A stretch of 62,575 nucleotides of DNA, counting the filler. It is 3 parts of 3 records of this genome, joined end to end, with 100 filler letters (N's around TTAATTAATTAA, not from the genome) between each part and the next. Parts side by side here need not be neighbours in the genome. Positions count along the whole stretch, not along the records: positions 28,294 to 46,970 come from SRR20825006_1767; positions 47,071 to 62,575 come from SRR20825006_1769; 1 more part is not named here. One strand, given 5' to 3'. Positions 38,482-48,459 of this stretch are shown here, piece after piece. The position numbers and the translations under genes were made by a program. Numbering within the stretch: the stretch's first letter is position 1; each line of letters starts with the position of its first letter. The notes under the pieces are model-generated. The model did no database searches. It had not been told where the DNA came from and saw nothing but the letters and a program-made list of their open reading frames with translations.

Positions 38482-38820
38482 TCAGGTTTCGCGGTTCGCC
38501 TTCTCGGTCAGGCCCGATAGCCCTTCGCGGCGCGCAAGCTCGTCTGTCACATCGCTGAGCGACAGGCCCTTGGCACTGAGGAGCACCATCAGGTGGAACA
38601 TAAGGTCGGCGCTTTCGCTTACCAGCTCCTTATCGTCGCCGCTTGCGGTGGCCATCGCAACCTCGACGGCCTCTTCCCCTACCTTTTGCGCGATCTTTTT
38701 GGCACCTTTATGGTAAAGCCGCGCAACATAACTTTCATCCGCTGAGGCACCCTTGCGACCCTCAAGAAGGGCTTCAAGCCGGGTCAGGGTATCGCCTACG
38801 CTGTTTTGATTGTCTGTCAC
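38482..38820 (-). CDS. hisE: Phosphoribosyl-ATP pyrophosphatase
   Basis: [14 protein letters not shown] and ESADLMFH motifs. Confidence 0.95.
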   Translation of the reverse strand: MTDNQNSVGDTLTRLEALLEGRKGASADESYVARLYHKGAKKIAQKVGEEAVEVAMATASGDDKELVSESADLMFHLMVLLSAKGLSLSDVTDELARREGLSGLTEKANRET

Positions 38821-38936
38821 TGTTTATGCCTCACTTTTCGCCGCACATGCGCCACACATGCGCCGCATACCTGCCTACAGATACGCCACACATACGCCTC
38901 ATACCAGCCACACATTTGGGGTGTTTCGCCACACAT
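38817..38936 (-). CDS. Possible 39-aa ORF bridging hisF and hisE
   Basis: ATG one nt after the hisF TAA; TGA overlaps the hisE GTG (GTGA); [39 protein letters not shown]. Confidence 0.3.
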   Translation of the reverse strand: MCGETPQMCGWYEAYVWRICRQVCGACVAHVRRKVRHKQ

Positions 38937-38937
38937 T
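38827..38937. repeat. ~11-bp-period array, consensus CGCCACACATN
   Basis: Units at 38827, 38839, 38850, 38861, 38872, 38884, 38895, 38906 and 38927. Confidence 0.85.
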
Positions 38938-39696
38938 TTATAGCCTAACAGCTATTCCCGCGTTTGCCATATGGGCTTTTGCCTCCGCGATCGTGTGGTC
39001 CCCAAAGTGGAAAATCGAGGCCGCCAGCACCGCAGAGGCATGGCCGTCTCGCACCCCTTCAACCAGATGGTCAAGCGTGCCAACACCGCCGGACGCGATC
39101 ACCGGAATGCTCACTGCATCAGAGATTGCACGGGTTAGTTCGAGGTTGAAACCCTCCCGCGTGCCGTCCCGGTCCATGCTGGTGAGCAGGATCTCACCCG
39201 CGCCAAGGCGCGCGGCTTCCTTGGCATACTCAACCGCGTCAATGCCCGTGGCTGTGCGGCCACCGTGGGTGAAAACTTCCCACTTGTCTGGCCCAACTTC
39301 CTTGGCATCAACCGCCACCACGATGCACTGGGCACCAAATTTTTCAGACAGTTCACCGATCAGCGCCGGGCGGTTTACCGCTGCGGTCATCACTGAGACC
39401 TTGTCTGCGCCTGCCAGCAACAGCTTGCGCACGTCTTCCGCCGTTCGCACACCACCACCCACGGTGAGCGGCATGAAGCAGGCTTCCGCCGTGCGGCTTA
39501 CGACATCGAGGAGGATATCCCGCCGCTCGCTGGAGGCAGTGATATCAAGGAAGGTCAGCTCGTCCGCGCCTGCGGCGTCATACACACGCGCCTGTTCCAC
39601 CGGGTCACCAGCGTCGATGAGGTCGACAAAGTTAACGCCTTTCACGACCCGGCCGTCCTTCACATCGAGGCAGGGGATGATGCGTGCTTTCAGCAT
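38938..39696 (-). CDS. hisF: Imidazole glycerol phosphate synthase cyclase subunit
   Basis: [22 protein letters not shown] and [10 protein letters not shown] motifs. Confidence 0.97.
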   Translation of the reverse strand: MLKARIIPCLDVKDGRVVKGVNFVDLIDAGDPVEQARVYDAAGADELTFLDITASSERRDILLDVVSRTAEACFMPLTVGGGVRTAEDVRKLLLAGADKVSVMTAAVNRPALIGELSEKFGAQCIVVAVDAKEVGPDKWEVFTHGGRTATGIDAVEYAKEAARLGAGEILLTSMDRDGTREGFNLELTRAISDAVSIPVIASGGVGTLDHLVEGVRDGHASAVLAASIFHFGDHTIAEAKAHMANAGIAVRL

Positions 39697-40412
39697 TTTG
39701 CAAGCTCCAGCGCGGCCTTGAGGTCCAGCCGTCCGTCATAAATCGCGCGGCCGGTGACCACGCCTTCAAGGTTGCCAGCGGTTTTCACACGGGTGATGTC
39801 GTCCATGTCTTTCACCCCGCCGGATGCGATCACAGGGATCGAGACGGCGTTCGCGAGCGCAGATGAGGCTTCCGCATTGACGCCGGTGAGCGTGCCGTCG
39901 CGGTCGATATCGGTGTGGATGATGGCGGCAACACCTGCGTCCTCAAACTGCACGGCAAGCTCAGCCACTTCCACTTCACTGGCTTCCGCCCAGCCTTCCA
40001 CAGCAACCATGCCGCCCTTGGCGTCAATGCCCACGGCGACCTTGCCGGGGAAAAGCCTGCAGGCCTCTTTCACAAGCGCGGGGTTTTTGACCGCGAGCGT
40101 GCCGAGGATAAGGCGCGAAATGCCAGCGTCTAACCAGCGGTCCATGGTCGCAATATCGCGGATGCCGCCGCCAAGCTGAACCGGGATTTTCACCGTGCCC
40201 AGAATGGCCTCAACGGCGGCGGCATTCACCGGTGCGCCCGCGAACGCGCCGTTCAGGTCCACCAGATGCAGCCACGTGCAGCCTGCATCTTCAAACTCCT
40301 TGGCTTGCGCCGCCGGGTTGTCGCTGAAGATGGTCGCAGCGTCCATATCGCCTTTGAAAAGGCGAACGCAATTGCCGTCCTTGAGGTCAATGGCAGGATA
40401 AACGGTAATCAT
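39690..40412 (-). CDS. hisA: ProFAR isomerase
   Basis: [23 protein letters not shown] and TDIDRDG motifs. Confidence 0.97.
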   Translation of the reverse strand: MITVYPAIDLKDGNCVRLFKGDMDAATIFSDNPAAQAKEFEDAGCTWLHLVDLNGAFAGAPVNAAAVEAILGTVKIPVQLGGGIRDIATMDRWLDAGISRLILGTLAVKNPALVKEACRLFPGKVAVGIDAKGGMVAVEGWAEASEVEVAELAVQFEDAGVAAIIHTDIDRDGTLTGVNAEASSALANAVSIPVIASGGVKDMDDITRVKTAGNLEGVVTGRAIYDGRLDLKAALELAKC

Positions 40413-41065
40413 GGTTTCCACTCCAAAAACGCACTCAGGAGCCTGAGGCCAACGGCCTGACTCTTTTCCGGGTGGAACTGCGTGCCCACCATGTTGTCTC
40501 GCCCAACTATGGCAGTGACCTGTCCACCATGCTCGGCATAGCCCAGCAGGGCATCACCGGTAGTCAGCGCCATATGGTAGCTGTGCACAAAATAGGCGTG
40601 GTCACCGGCCTGAATGCCGCTGCACACCGGGTGTTTGGCGCCCGCGTCTGTGAGCATCAGGTCGTTCCAGCCCATATGCGGGATCTTGAGCGCGGGGTCG
40701 TTTGGTTCCATGCGCTCCACGGTGCCGTCGATCCAGCCCATGCCTTCATGGATGCCGTGTTCATGCCCTTCATGCGCCATAAGGTGCATGCCCACACAGA
40801 TACCAAGGAAGGGTTTTCCTGCCTCCAGCACGGCCTCTTCAATTGTATCCGCCAGGCCTTCAATCGCCATCAAACCGCGGCGGCAATCGCCAAACGCGCC
40901 AACACCGGGCAATACGATACGGTCAGCTTTCGCGATCACATCGCACTTGTCTGTTACAATAATCGTGCTTGAAAGCTTGGCCTCATGAGCCGCCCGCGCC
41001 AGTGCCTTTTCGGCAGAACGCAAGTTGCCCGAGCCATAATCAACGATGGCAACGGTTTCGGTCAT
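40409..41065 (-). CDS. hisH: Imidazole glycerol phosphate synthase glutaminase subunit
   Basis: [27 protein letters not shown] and QFHPEKS motifs. Confidence 0.97.
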   Translation of the reverse strand: MTETVAIVDYGSGNLRSAEKALARAAHEAKLSSTIIVTDKCDVIAKADRIVLPGVGAFGDCRRGLMAIEGLADTIEEAVLEAGKPFLGICVGMHLMAHEGHEHGIHEGMGWIDGTVERMEPNDPALKIPHMGWNDLMLTDAGAKHPVCSGIQAGDHAYFVHSYHMALTTGDALLGYAEHGGQVTAIVGRDNMVGTQFHPEKSQAVGLRLLSAFLEWKP

Positions 41066-41082
41066 CTAAAGCTCCTTGCCGC

Positions 41083-41682
41083 TTAGAGGCTGCCGCCGAG
41101 GGTGCCCTTGGTGCTTGGCACAGCGTCCGCCTTGCGGGGGTCGACCTCAAGCGCTGTCCTGAGCGCCCGTGCGAGCGCCTTGAAGCTGCTTTCAATAATA
41201 TGGTGGTTGTTCACACCATAGAGGTTTTCCACGTGTAGCGTGACGCCTGCGGCAAAAGCGAAGGCACGGAAAAACTCTTCAAACAGCTCCGTATCCATCT
41301 CACCGATCTTGTCGCGGCTGAAATCAACCTTCCACACAATGAAAGGTCGGCCTGAGATATCGATCGCGGCGCGGGTCAGCGTTTCGTCCATCGGGATATA
41401 GGCGCTGGCATAGCGCGTGATGCCCAACATGTCGCCCAGCGCCTTTTTGATCGCTGTGCCGATGACGATGCCGCAGTCTTCCGTGGTGTGGTGCCCATCG
41501 ATGTGCAGGTCGCCTTTTGCACGCAAGGTAATGTCGATTAGCGAATGGCGCGACAGTTGTTCGATCATATGATCGAGAAAGCCAATGCCGGTATGGACGT
41601 CGTACGAACCCGTACCGTCCAGATTTACCGTTGCGGAGATCTCGGTCTCCTTGGTCTTTCTTTCATATGATGCTGTGCGCAT
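41083..41682 (-). CDS. hisB: Imidazoleglycerol-phosphate dehydratase
   Basis: [24 protein letters not shown] and PSTKG motifs. Confidence 0.97.
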   Translation of the reverse strand: MRTASYERKTKETEISATVNLDGTGSYDVHTGIGFLDHMIEQLSRHSLIDITLRAKGDLHIDGHHTTEDCGIVIGTAIKKALGDMLGITRYASAYIPMDETLTRAAIDISGRPFIVWKVDFSRDKIGEMDTELFEEFFRAFAFAAGVTLHVENLYGVNNHHIIESSFKALARALRTALEVDPRKADAVPSTKGTLGGSL

Positions 41683-41805
41683 TTCATGCTCCGCATTGCA
41701 GTTTGGTTTGACCAATTGGTGCTCATGCCCCAATTTGAAAACATTATGGCTTTAGGATTAAAGCGCTCAAGACGCAAGGAATTATGCGGCTTTTGCGCAC
41801 ATAAG

Positions 41806-41834
41806 CTTGTAAGAGATCACTTCGGTTCATATAT
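41806..41834 (+). promoter_or_regulatory. RpoH (sigma32)-type promoter for hslVU
   Basis: CTTGTA-N16-CATATAT, close to the alphaproteobacterial CTTGAA-N16-CCTATAT consensus. Confidence 0.65.
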
Positions 41835-41877
41835 GCTTTCGCAAAGATAAAAAGTAGAAAAGGAAAACTTAAGTCTT

Positions 41878-42459
41878 ATGACTCAGTTCCATTCAGAGCT
41901 GCCAACCTGGCATGCCACCACCATCTGCAGCGTACGCAAGGACGGCAAAGTTGTGATCGCTGGCGATGGTCAGGTCTCGGTTGGTGATACGGTGATGAAA
42001 GCCAACGCACGCAAGGTAAGACATCTGGCGGGCGGCAAGGTGATTGCCGGTTTTGCGGGTGCGACTGCAGACGCCTTCACGCTTTTTGAGCGGCTTGAGG
42101 CCAAGCTTGAGCGCCATCCGGGCCAGCTTGCGCGCGCCTGTGTTGAGCTCGCGAAAGACTGGCGCACAGATAAATACCTGCGTCAGCTTCAAGCCATGAT
42201 GATTGTTGTGGACGGTGACACCAGCCTTGTTGTGACCGGTAACGGCGATGTGCTTGAACCCGAGCACGGTGTTGTGGCTATCGGTTCGGGCGGCAACTAT
42301 GCGCTTGCGGCAGCGCGTGCGCTCTATGACCAGGACCTGAGCGCCGAAGACATCGCTCGTAAGGCCATGAAGATCGCCGCTGATATCTGTGTCTATACCA
42401 ACGACAATGTGATCGTTGAGCAAATGGATGCATCAAGTAATACTGAGAGTCAGGAGTAA
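41878..42459 (+). CDS. hslV: ATP-dependent protease subunit HslV
   Basis: [27 protein letters not shown] and IGSGG motifs. Confidence 0.97.
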   Translation: MTQFHSELPTWHATTICSVRKDGKVVIAGDGQVSVGDTVMKANARKVRHLAGGKVIAGFAGATADAFTLFERLEAKLERHPGQLARACVELAKDWRTDKYLRQLQAMMIVVDGDTSLVVTGNGDVLEPEHGVVAIGSGGNYALAAARALYDQDLSAEDIARKAMKIAADICVYTNDNVIVEQMDASSNTESQE

Positions 42460-42461
42460 GT

Positions 42462-43772
42462 ATGAGCAGTTTTTCCCCCCGCGAGATCGTGTCCGAGCTG
42501 GACCGTTTCATCATCGGCCAGAAGGACGCGAAGCGCGCAGTTGCCGTGGCGCTCAGGAACCGCTGGCGGCGCCAGCAGCTTGAAGGCCAGATGCGCGAAG
42601 AGGTCTTGCCAAAAAACATCCTGATGATCGGACCAACGGGCGTTGGTAAAACTGAAATCTCCCGCCGTCTTGCCAAACTAGCGGAAGCCCCTTTTATCAA
42701 GGTTGAGGCCACTAAGTTTACGGAAGTGGGTTATGTGGGCCGCGATGTTGAACAGATCATTCGTGACCTGATTGAGAACGCCATTCTGATGATGCGCGAG
42801 AAGCGCCGCAAACAGGTGGCTTCCAAGGCGGAAATTCATGCGGAAGACCGCGTGCTTGATGCGCTTGTGGGCGAAGGTGCTTCTGATGCTACGCGGCAGA
42901 AGTTTCGCAAAATGCTGCGTGAAGGCGAGTTGGCGGAAAAGGAAATCGAGCTTGATGTGGCGGATACCGCCAGCCCGTTCCCGCAGTTTGATATCCCCGG
43001 TATGCCGGGCGCCAGCATGGGCATGGTAAACCTGGGCGATATGTTTGGCAAAGCCATGGGCGGCCGCAAGGTGAAGAAACGCCTGAAGGTATCTGAAGCC
43101 TATGAAGTGCTGATGGGTGAAGAGGCTGACAAGCTGGTGGACGACGAGAGCATCACGCGCGAGGCCACAACGCTTGTGGAAGAGCATGGCATCGTTTTCC
43201 TTGATGAGATCGACAAGATTTGCGCACGCCAGGACGTGCGTGGCGGGGACGTAAGCCGGGAAGGTGTGCAGCGTGACCTGTTGCCGCTGATTGAAGGCAC
43301 CACCGTGTCCACCAAATACGGTGCGGTGAAAACCGACCATATTCTGTTTATCGCGTCTGGCGCATTTCATCTGGCGAAACCGAGCGACCTGTTGCCCGAG
43401 CTTCAGGGCCGGTTGCCGATCCGCGTAGAGCTACGCCCGCTGACGGAAGAGGACTTCAAGCGTATCCTCACTGAACCTGACTATAGCCTTATCCGCCAGT
43501 ATGTGGCGCTGATGGGTACGGAAGAGCTTACGCTTGAGTTCACCGAAGATGGTATCGATGAGATCGCGCGCATTTCTGCGCACTTTAACGAGACGGTTGA
43601 AAATATCGGCGCGCGGCGCCTTCACACCGTGCTTGAAAAAGTGCTGGAGGAGGTCAGCTTCACCGCCAGCGACCAAAGCGGTACCAATATCACGGTAGAT
43701 GCCGCCTTTGTGCGTAAAAACATGGGTGAGCTTGCCGAGAAGGATAATGATCTTTCCAAGTTCATTCTCTAG
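42462..43772 (+). CDS. hslU: ATP-dependent protease ATPase HslU
   Basis: [24 protein letters not shown] and GVQRDLLP motifs. Confidence 0.97.
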   Translation: MSSFSPREIVSELDRFIIGQKDAKRAVAVALRNRWRRQQLEGQMREEVLPKNILMIGPTGVGKTEISRRLAKLAEAPFIKVEATKFTEVGYVGRDVEQIIRDLIENAILMMREKRRKQVASKAEIHAEDRVLDALVGEGASDATRQKFRKMLREGELAEKEIELDVADTASPFPQFDIPGMPGASMGMVNLGDMFGKAMGGRKVKKRLKVSEAYEVLMGEEADKLVDDESITREATTLVEEHGIVFLDEIDKICARQDVRGGDVSREGVQRDLLPLIEGTTVSTKYGAVKTDHILFIASGAFHLAKPSDLLPELQGRLPIRVELRPLTEEDFKRILTEPDYSLIRQYVALMGTEELTLEFTEDGIDEIARISAHFNETVENIGARRLHTVLEKVLEEVSFTASDQSGTNITVDAAFVRKNMGELAEKDNDLSKFIL

Positions 43773-43871
43773 AACGCGGCGTAATGTTCTTTTGTCGGTT
43801 GGTGGCTGGACGCCGCCAATCGGCACGTTATAGTGTGCCCATTCCATTCACCAATAGTGGGAGTGCATGCC

Positions 43872-44249
43872 ATGGCCTATGACAAGAACAACATCTTCGC
43901 GAAAATTCTGCGCGGGGAAATTCCTTGCAACAAGGTCTATGAAGATGAGTGGGCGCTTGCGTTCCATGACATCAACCCGCAGGCCCCAACCCATGTATTG
44001 GTCATCCCGAAAGGGCCGTATGTTTCCATGGCTGATTTCACAGCGGAAGCACCGGCAGACCTGATTGCAGGTTTTATGCGCGCTGTGGGCAAAACGGCTG
44101 AAATGCTCGGGCTTGTGGATGATGGTTACCGTACGCTGGCAAACGCAGGCGACAATGCGCATCAGGAAGTGCCACACCTGCATATCCATATTTTTGGCGG
44201 CAAAGCCCTTGGTCCCATGCTGATAAAAGACTGGTCTGGCCAGCTCTAA
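43872..44249 (+). CDS. HIT-family nucleotide-binding protein
   Basis: NIFAKILRGEIP and QEVPHLHIH motifs. Confidence 0.93.
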   Translation: MAYDKNNIFAKILRGEIPCNKVYEDEWALAFHDINPQAPTHVLVIPKGPYVSMADFTAEAPADLIAGFMRAVGKTAEMLGLVDDGYRTLANAGDNAHQEVPHLHIHIFGGKALGPMLIKDWSGQL

Positions 44250-44265
44250 CCTCCGGTCTTCGAGC

Positions 44266-44445
44266 TTAAAGCTCGCGTGCTTCATCCGCCAGCAGGATCG
44301 GGATGCCGTCCCGTATCGGGAAAGCGAGCCCTGCTGATTTGCTGATCAGCTCCTGCTTTTCTGCGTCATAGTCCAGCCGCATCTTGGTCACCGGGCATAC
44401 CAGAATTTCAAGAAGCTTGGGGCTTGTGCTGCTGCGATCAGGCAT
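44266..44445 (-). CDS. Trm112/YcaR-family protein
   Basis: [11 protein letters not shown]...[12 protein letters not shown]; start placed at MPDRS. Confidence 0.9.
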   Translation of the reverse strand: MPDRSSTSPKLLEILVCPVTKMRLDYDAEKQELISKSAGLAFPIRDGIPILLADEAREL

Positions 44446-44473
44446 GTGTTGTCTCCGCACTCTGAAATGAAAT

Positions 44474-45139
44474 CTAGTGGGCTGAACCGTCGCTGTCATT
44501 GGCCGCGAGGTTTGATGCGGCCATGGTGAGCAGTTTTTTGAGAAGCTCCGACCGGTCCCACACCTCCGGAGCCTCAAGAAGCGCTTGTTTCTCTGCCGGT
44601 GAAAACGGGACAATCATCGAAAGTGTGTTCACCAGCACGTCGTCCGGCGCTTCGGCGATGGCGCTGAAATCTGCGTCTAACCCCTTGATATCAAGGTATG
44701 CCTTCAGGGATGCCATCAGGGCATCACGTTCCACACGGGTTTTGCTGTTGCCGCCCCATGGGTCTTGCTCGAACGCTTTCCAGTCGGCGCGTACCTGCCG
44801 ATACGGCGTGGTAACGCTTAGCTCTTCGTCAATCCGGAAGCGGGATAAACCCTTGAGCCGAATGACGATGCGGCCATCCTCAGTCTCATGAAACTCACTA
44901 ATAGAGCCCACGCCACCAACGGTGAACAAGGGTGGCGCTTTTGCGCCCACTTCCTTCACGCGTGGCTGGATCATGCCAATAAGATTGTGACCGGTTGCTG
45001 CGTCACGCACCATCTTCAGGTAGCGCGGCTCAAATATATTGAGCGGCAGGCTCGCACCAGGCAGCAGAATGACGCTGGGCAAAGGGAATACAGGAATGAC
45101 GGAAGGCAAAGCATCCAGTGTTTTGCTTTTTTCCGTCAT
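44474..45139 (-). CDS. LON peptidase substrate-binding domain protein
   Basis: [16 protein letters not shown] and EKQALLEA motifs. Confidence 0.92.
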   Translation of the reverse strand: MTEKSKTLDALPSVIPVFPLPSVILLPGASLPLNIFEPRYLKMVRDAATGHNLIGMIQPRVKEVGAKAPPLFTVGGVGSISEFHETEDGRIVIRLKGLSRFRIDEELSVTTPYRQVRADWKAFEQDPWGGNSKTRVERDALMASLKAYLDIKGLDADFSAIAEAPDDVLVNTLSMIVPFSPAEKQALLEAPEVWDRSELLKKLLTMAASNLAANDSDGSAH

Positions 45140-45148
45140 TCCGGGGCC

Positions 45149-46081
45149 CTAGCTAAACAGAACGGACGACAGGCGCCGCCTGTATTTCATGGTGAAGGGG
45201 TCGCTGGCGCCTGCTGCTTCAAAAAGCTTCAGAAGCTGCTTGCGTGCGGCGTCGTCATTCCATTCACGGTCCCGCATGATGATGCCGAGAAGAGCTTCTG
45301 CCGCTTTATCAAGCTCACCTGTGCCCTGATAGGAAAGCGCGAGGGAATAGCGCGCTTCATGGTCTTGCGGGTCTTCGCTCACTTTGGCTTCAAGGGCCGC
45401 ACGGTCGCCGGCGTTTTCACCTTCAGCGGCCAGTTCAAGCGCGGTGTGAATACGCGCGAGACGCTCTTTCTGTTTGGGGTCGTCTATCTCATCCTCAGAC
45501 ACTGCCTCAAGAATGCGGGTGGTCTGGTCGCTTTGCCCAAGCTTGAGTGAAGCCTCCGCCATACCGATCAGTGCCGCCGTGTTGTTTTGGTCGTGCATCA
45601 GGATTTGCTGGTAAACTTGCACCGCCTGCATGGCCTCACCGCTATCAAGCAGGCCGTTTGCGTGTTCAACCGCTTCTGCGACGGGGTCGCCAGCTTCTTC
45701 ACCGCCTGCAAGGGCCACTAGTTTATCAACGAAGGTTTTGAGGTGCGATGCTGGCACAGCGCCCTGGAAACCATCAACCGGTTGGCCCTGCCAGAAGGCC
45801 AGTACGGTCGGCAGGCTTTGTACCTGCATCTGCGCGCATAACTGCTGGTTCTGGTCGGCGTTGACTTTCACAAGTGCAACCGCGCCGTTTGCAGCTTTTA
45901 CCGCAGTTTCAAGCGCGGGCATCAGTTGTTTGCACGGGCCGCACCAGTCTGCCCAGAAATCTACAATCACCGGGCGCTGTTGGGACGCGGCAATCACGTC
46001 CTCGCCAAAGGACTGCATGTCAGTGTCTTTAATTAAATCTGTGCTTGCGCCGGGGACACCGGCGCCAATAAGTGCGTCCAT
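45149..46081 (-). CDS. cnoX: Thioredoxin-TPR chaperedoxin (YbbN/CnoX)
   Basis: DFWADWCGPCK, GFQGA, TPR helices, C-terminal RRRLSSVLFS. Confidence 0.9.
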   Translation of the reverse strand: MDALIGAGVPGASTDLIKDTDMQSFGEDVIAASQQRPVIVDFWADWCGPCKQLMPALETAVKAANGAVALVKVNADQNQQLCAQMQVQSLPTVLAFWQGQPVDGFQGAVPASHLKTFVDKLVALAGGEEAGDPVAEAVEHANGLLDSGEAMQAVQVYQQILMHDQNNTAALIGMAEASLKLGQSDQTTRILEAVSEDEIDDPKQKERLARIHTALELAAEGENAGDRAALEAKVSEDPQDHEARYSLALSYQGTGELDKAAEALLGIIMRDREWNDDAARKQLLKLFEAAGASDPFTMKYRRRLSSVLFS

Positions 46082-46153
46082 CTCAAAACTCTTGGATCAA
46101 ATTTCAATACCATACCAATGAGGCAAGAGAAGCCCTTGGCGATCTATCGCTGA

Positions 46154-46182
46154 CCATAGGAGGTCGGGCTTCGCTTTGCCAG
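46154..46182 (-). promoter_or_regulatory. Possible RpoH-type promoter for cnoX
   Basis: Minus strand CTGGCA-N16-CCTATGG. Confidence 0.4.
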
Positions 46183-46209
46183 AGGGGATTGCTTATTTTT
46201 TAGCGTTTT

Positions 46210-46746
46210 TCAACCAGCGTTGTCAGTGAGGTTTATGATCAGCGGTTCATAACCGCATGCGCGAATAAATTTAATCAGATCATCAGGCGCGATGGTTGTG
46301 GTCGCGGCGTTGTGAAGTGGGTGGCAATTGATAACGCCGCCGCTCACCAGCGTTTCATCCAGTGCGACGACAAGCCGGGGTGGCTCCCCATCACTTATGC
46401 GCGCATTAAAAAGCCCAAACGGGGTAACGGAGCCGGGCTCTACCCCCAACATGTCTTTCAGGCTATCGGCGCTGCCAAACGACAGGCGACCCAGGCCAAT
46501 GAGATCAGCGAGACCGCGGAGGTCGATTTTTACACTCTCCTCAGCCACCACAAGGGCGCGGCGTTTCTTCTTGTCTCGCACGAACAGGTTTTTGGTGTGC
46601 CAACCGGGCATGCCGCCGTCTGCACCAAGCCGTGCGGCTTGCGCCTGCTCGACTGTGAAAACAGGCGCGTGGCGCACCGTTTTTATTGTGATGCCAAGTG
46701 TTTCCAGAAAGGTAAAGAGCGCCATCTCTGCGGGATGCGATTCCAT
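46210..46746 (-). CDS. YbaK/ProX aminoacyl-tRNA deacylase
   Basis: HAPVFTV, TKNLF, LGVEPGSVTPFG and NCHPL motifs. Confidence 0.9.
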   Translation of the reverse strand: MESHPAEMALFTFLETLGITIKTVRHAPVFTVEQAQAARLGADGGMPGWHTKNLFVRDKKKRRALVVAEESVKIDLRGLADLIGLGRLSFGSADSLKDMLGVEPGSVTPFGLFNARISDGEPPRLVVALDETLVSGGVINCHPLHNAATTTIAPDDLIKFIRACGYEPLIINLTDNAG

Positions 46747-46848
46747 GTGCGTGTCCTGTGTTTCGCGTGTGCCCATAAGGCTTTATCGCATAAATACCCA
46801 TGCATTTCATGAGCTTAGACGCGTTTCATAAAAAAATAAAAAAAGGTG

Positions 46849-46886
46849 TTGCAAAGGCAATGTGGATAGCTATTATCCCGCCTCGC
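46849..46886 (+). promoter_or_regulatory. Stable-RNA sigma70 promoter
   Basis: A-rich UP element, TTGCAA-N16-TATTAT, GC-rich discriminator CCCGCCTCGC, upstream of the tRNA. Confidence 0.75.
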
Positions 46887-46940
46887 AGACGGCACCGCCG
46901 CCTGTTACCCCTCACAACGCTTGCGTTGTGTACGCGATGA

Positions 46941-46970
46941 GCGGGCGTAGCTCAGGGGTAGAGCACAACC
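46941..46970 (+). tRNA. tRNA 5' fragment truncated at contig end (Gly-type)
   Basis: GCGGGCGTAGCTCAGGGGTAGAGCACAACC; the anticodon is not in the sequence. Confidence 0.8.
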
Positions 46971-47070
46971 NNNNNNNNNNNNNNNNNNNNNNNNNNNNNN
47001 NNNNNNNNNNNNNNTTAATTAATTAANNNNNNNNNNNNNNNNNNNNNNNNNNNNNNNNNNNNNNNNNNNN
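46971..47070. other. Artificial contig linker
   Basis: N44-TTAATTAATTAA-N44. Confidence 0.98.
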
Positions 47071-47071
47071 G

Positions 47072-47857
47072 ACAGCTTCTTTAAATGGTTTTGATACTAA
47101 GATTACGGGTGTAACCAACGATTATTCAAAAACTGCAGGTAGTGATATTTGTGTTATTACTAGTGGAATTCCACGTAAACCAGGAATGACTCGTGAGGAA
47201 TTAATCGGTATCAACGCTGGAATCGTGAAAGACGTGTCTTCAAACCTTGTGAAAAATTCTCCTAAAACTATTATAATCGTAGTGAGTAATCCTATGGATA
47301 CAATGGCTTACTTGGTTCATAAAACTTCAGGTTTAGATAAAAATAGAATTATTGGAATGGGTGGTGCATTGGATAGCGCACGTTTCAAATACCGTTTGGC
47401 AGAAGCATTGGAAGCTCCAATTAGTGATGTTGACGGAATGGTAATTGGCGGTCATAGTGATACTGGAATGGTGCCATTAACACGTTTGGCAACTAGAAAT
47501 AGCGTTCCTGTAACTAAATTTATTTCTGAAGAAAGATTAAGTCAAGTTATGGAAGATACTAAAGTTGGTGGTGCTACATTAACCAAACTTTTAGGAACTT
47601 CAGCTTGGTATGCGCCAGGAGCGGCAGTTTCTTCTTTGGTTCAAGCAATTGCTTGCGATCAGAAAAAAATGTTTCCTTGTTCTGTTATGCTTGATGGAGA
47701 ATATGGTTTGAAAGATATTTGTATTGGTGCTCCAGTTATTTTGGGCCGAAATGGTATCGAAAAAATCGTAGAACTTGAATTAAACGATGCTGAAAAAACA
47801 CATATGAAAGCAAGTGCAGAAGGTGTGAGAAAAACGAATGACTTACTTGAATTGTAA
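47072..47857 (+). CDS. mdh: Malate dehydrogenase (LDH-like), 5' truncated by contig edge
   Basis: Frame open from the contig edge; ITSGIPRKPGMTR, VSNPMD, LDSARF, GGHSD, SAWYAP. Confidence 0.95.
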   Translation, partial: TASLNGFDTKITGVTNDYSKTAGSDICVITSGIPRKPGMTREELIGINAGIVKDVSSNLVKNSPKTIIIVVSNPMDTMAYLVHKTSGLDKNRIIGMGGALDSARFKYRLAEALEAPISDVDGMVIGGHSDTGMVPLTRLATRNSVPVTKFISEERLSQVMEDTKVGGATLTKLLGTSAWYAPGAAVSSLVQAIACDQKKMFPCSVMLDGEYGLKDICIGAPVILGRNGIEKIVELELNDAEKTHMKASAEGVRKTNDLLEL

Positions 47858-47883
47858 TATTTAAGTTGCTTATTAATAAAATT

Positions 47884-47922
47884 AAAAAGCCGATTCCTTA
47901 AACTTTAGGAGTCGGTTTTTTT
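47884..47922. terminator. Bidirectional intrinsic terminator
   Basis: AAAAAGCCGATTCCT...AGGAGTCGGTTTTTTT. Confidence 0.85.
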
Positions 47923-47925
47923 ATT

Positions 47926-48354
47926 CTACTCAATACACATTTTGCCGTCAATTCTTTGTGTTTCACCATTAATGTCTAATGTTGATTTATAATAGAAACA
48001 TTTTCCTTCAATTTTAATAAGCTCAGTTAATATGCCATTATTGTCGTTTATGAATTGTTGAAACTCAGAAAGCTCCATTTTGGTTTCATCATACTTCAAT
48101 CTGTAGGTGCAATCATCAATCCATATGATGTTTTCGTATGCTGTTTTGTTAAAACTCTCGTCTAATTGGTTTTCAGGATCATGGACAATTTCAATTTGGG
48201 TGTCTCCTTGGCGAATAATTTTATAGCCTAATGGAATGTATTGATCTGCCTCTACATAAAAAGCACCATTTTTAAAATCAGAGCAATCTAATTCTTGGGA
48301 AAAAGTATTTAAGCTAGTCAATAATAAAGCGAAAATTAAAAAATGTTTTTCCAT
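47926..48354 (-). CDS. Secreted hypothetical protein
   Basis: Signal peptide; CSDFKNG and WIDDCTYRL motifs, a pattern common in flavobacterial small proteins. Confidence 0.75.
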   Translation of the reverse strand: MEKHFLIFALLLTSLNTFSQELDCSDFKNGAFYVEADQYIPLGYKIIRQGDTQIEIVHDPENQLDESFNKTAYENIIWIDDCTYRLKYDETKMELSEFQQFINDNNGILTELIKIEGKCFYYKSTLDINGETQRIDGKMCIE

Positions 48355-48459
48355 GATTACAATATTAAGTAAAAGCCTTCAAAACTTTTACATAGTAATG
48401 AAGGCTTTTATTTTTTAGTCTTGTCTCCTGAATCTATCAGCGAAGCGGTCTTTATATTC

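Noticed and set aside
38810-38945. His-rich plus-strand translation of the array as a histidine attenuator leader
   Set aside because: It is antisense to the his operon and internal to it; the His codons arise from the CACACAT repeat.
28294-46970. GC-rich block as a tRNA-anchored genomic island in a flavobacterium
   Set aside because: Its boundaries are artificial linkers and it carries core housekeeping genes; it is a separate contig.
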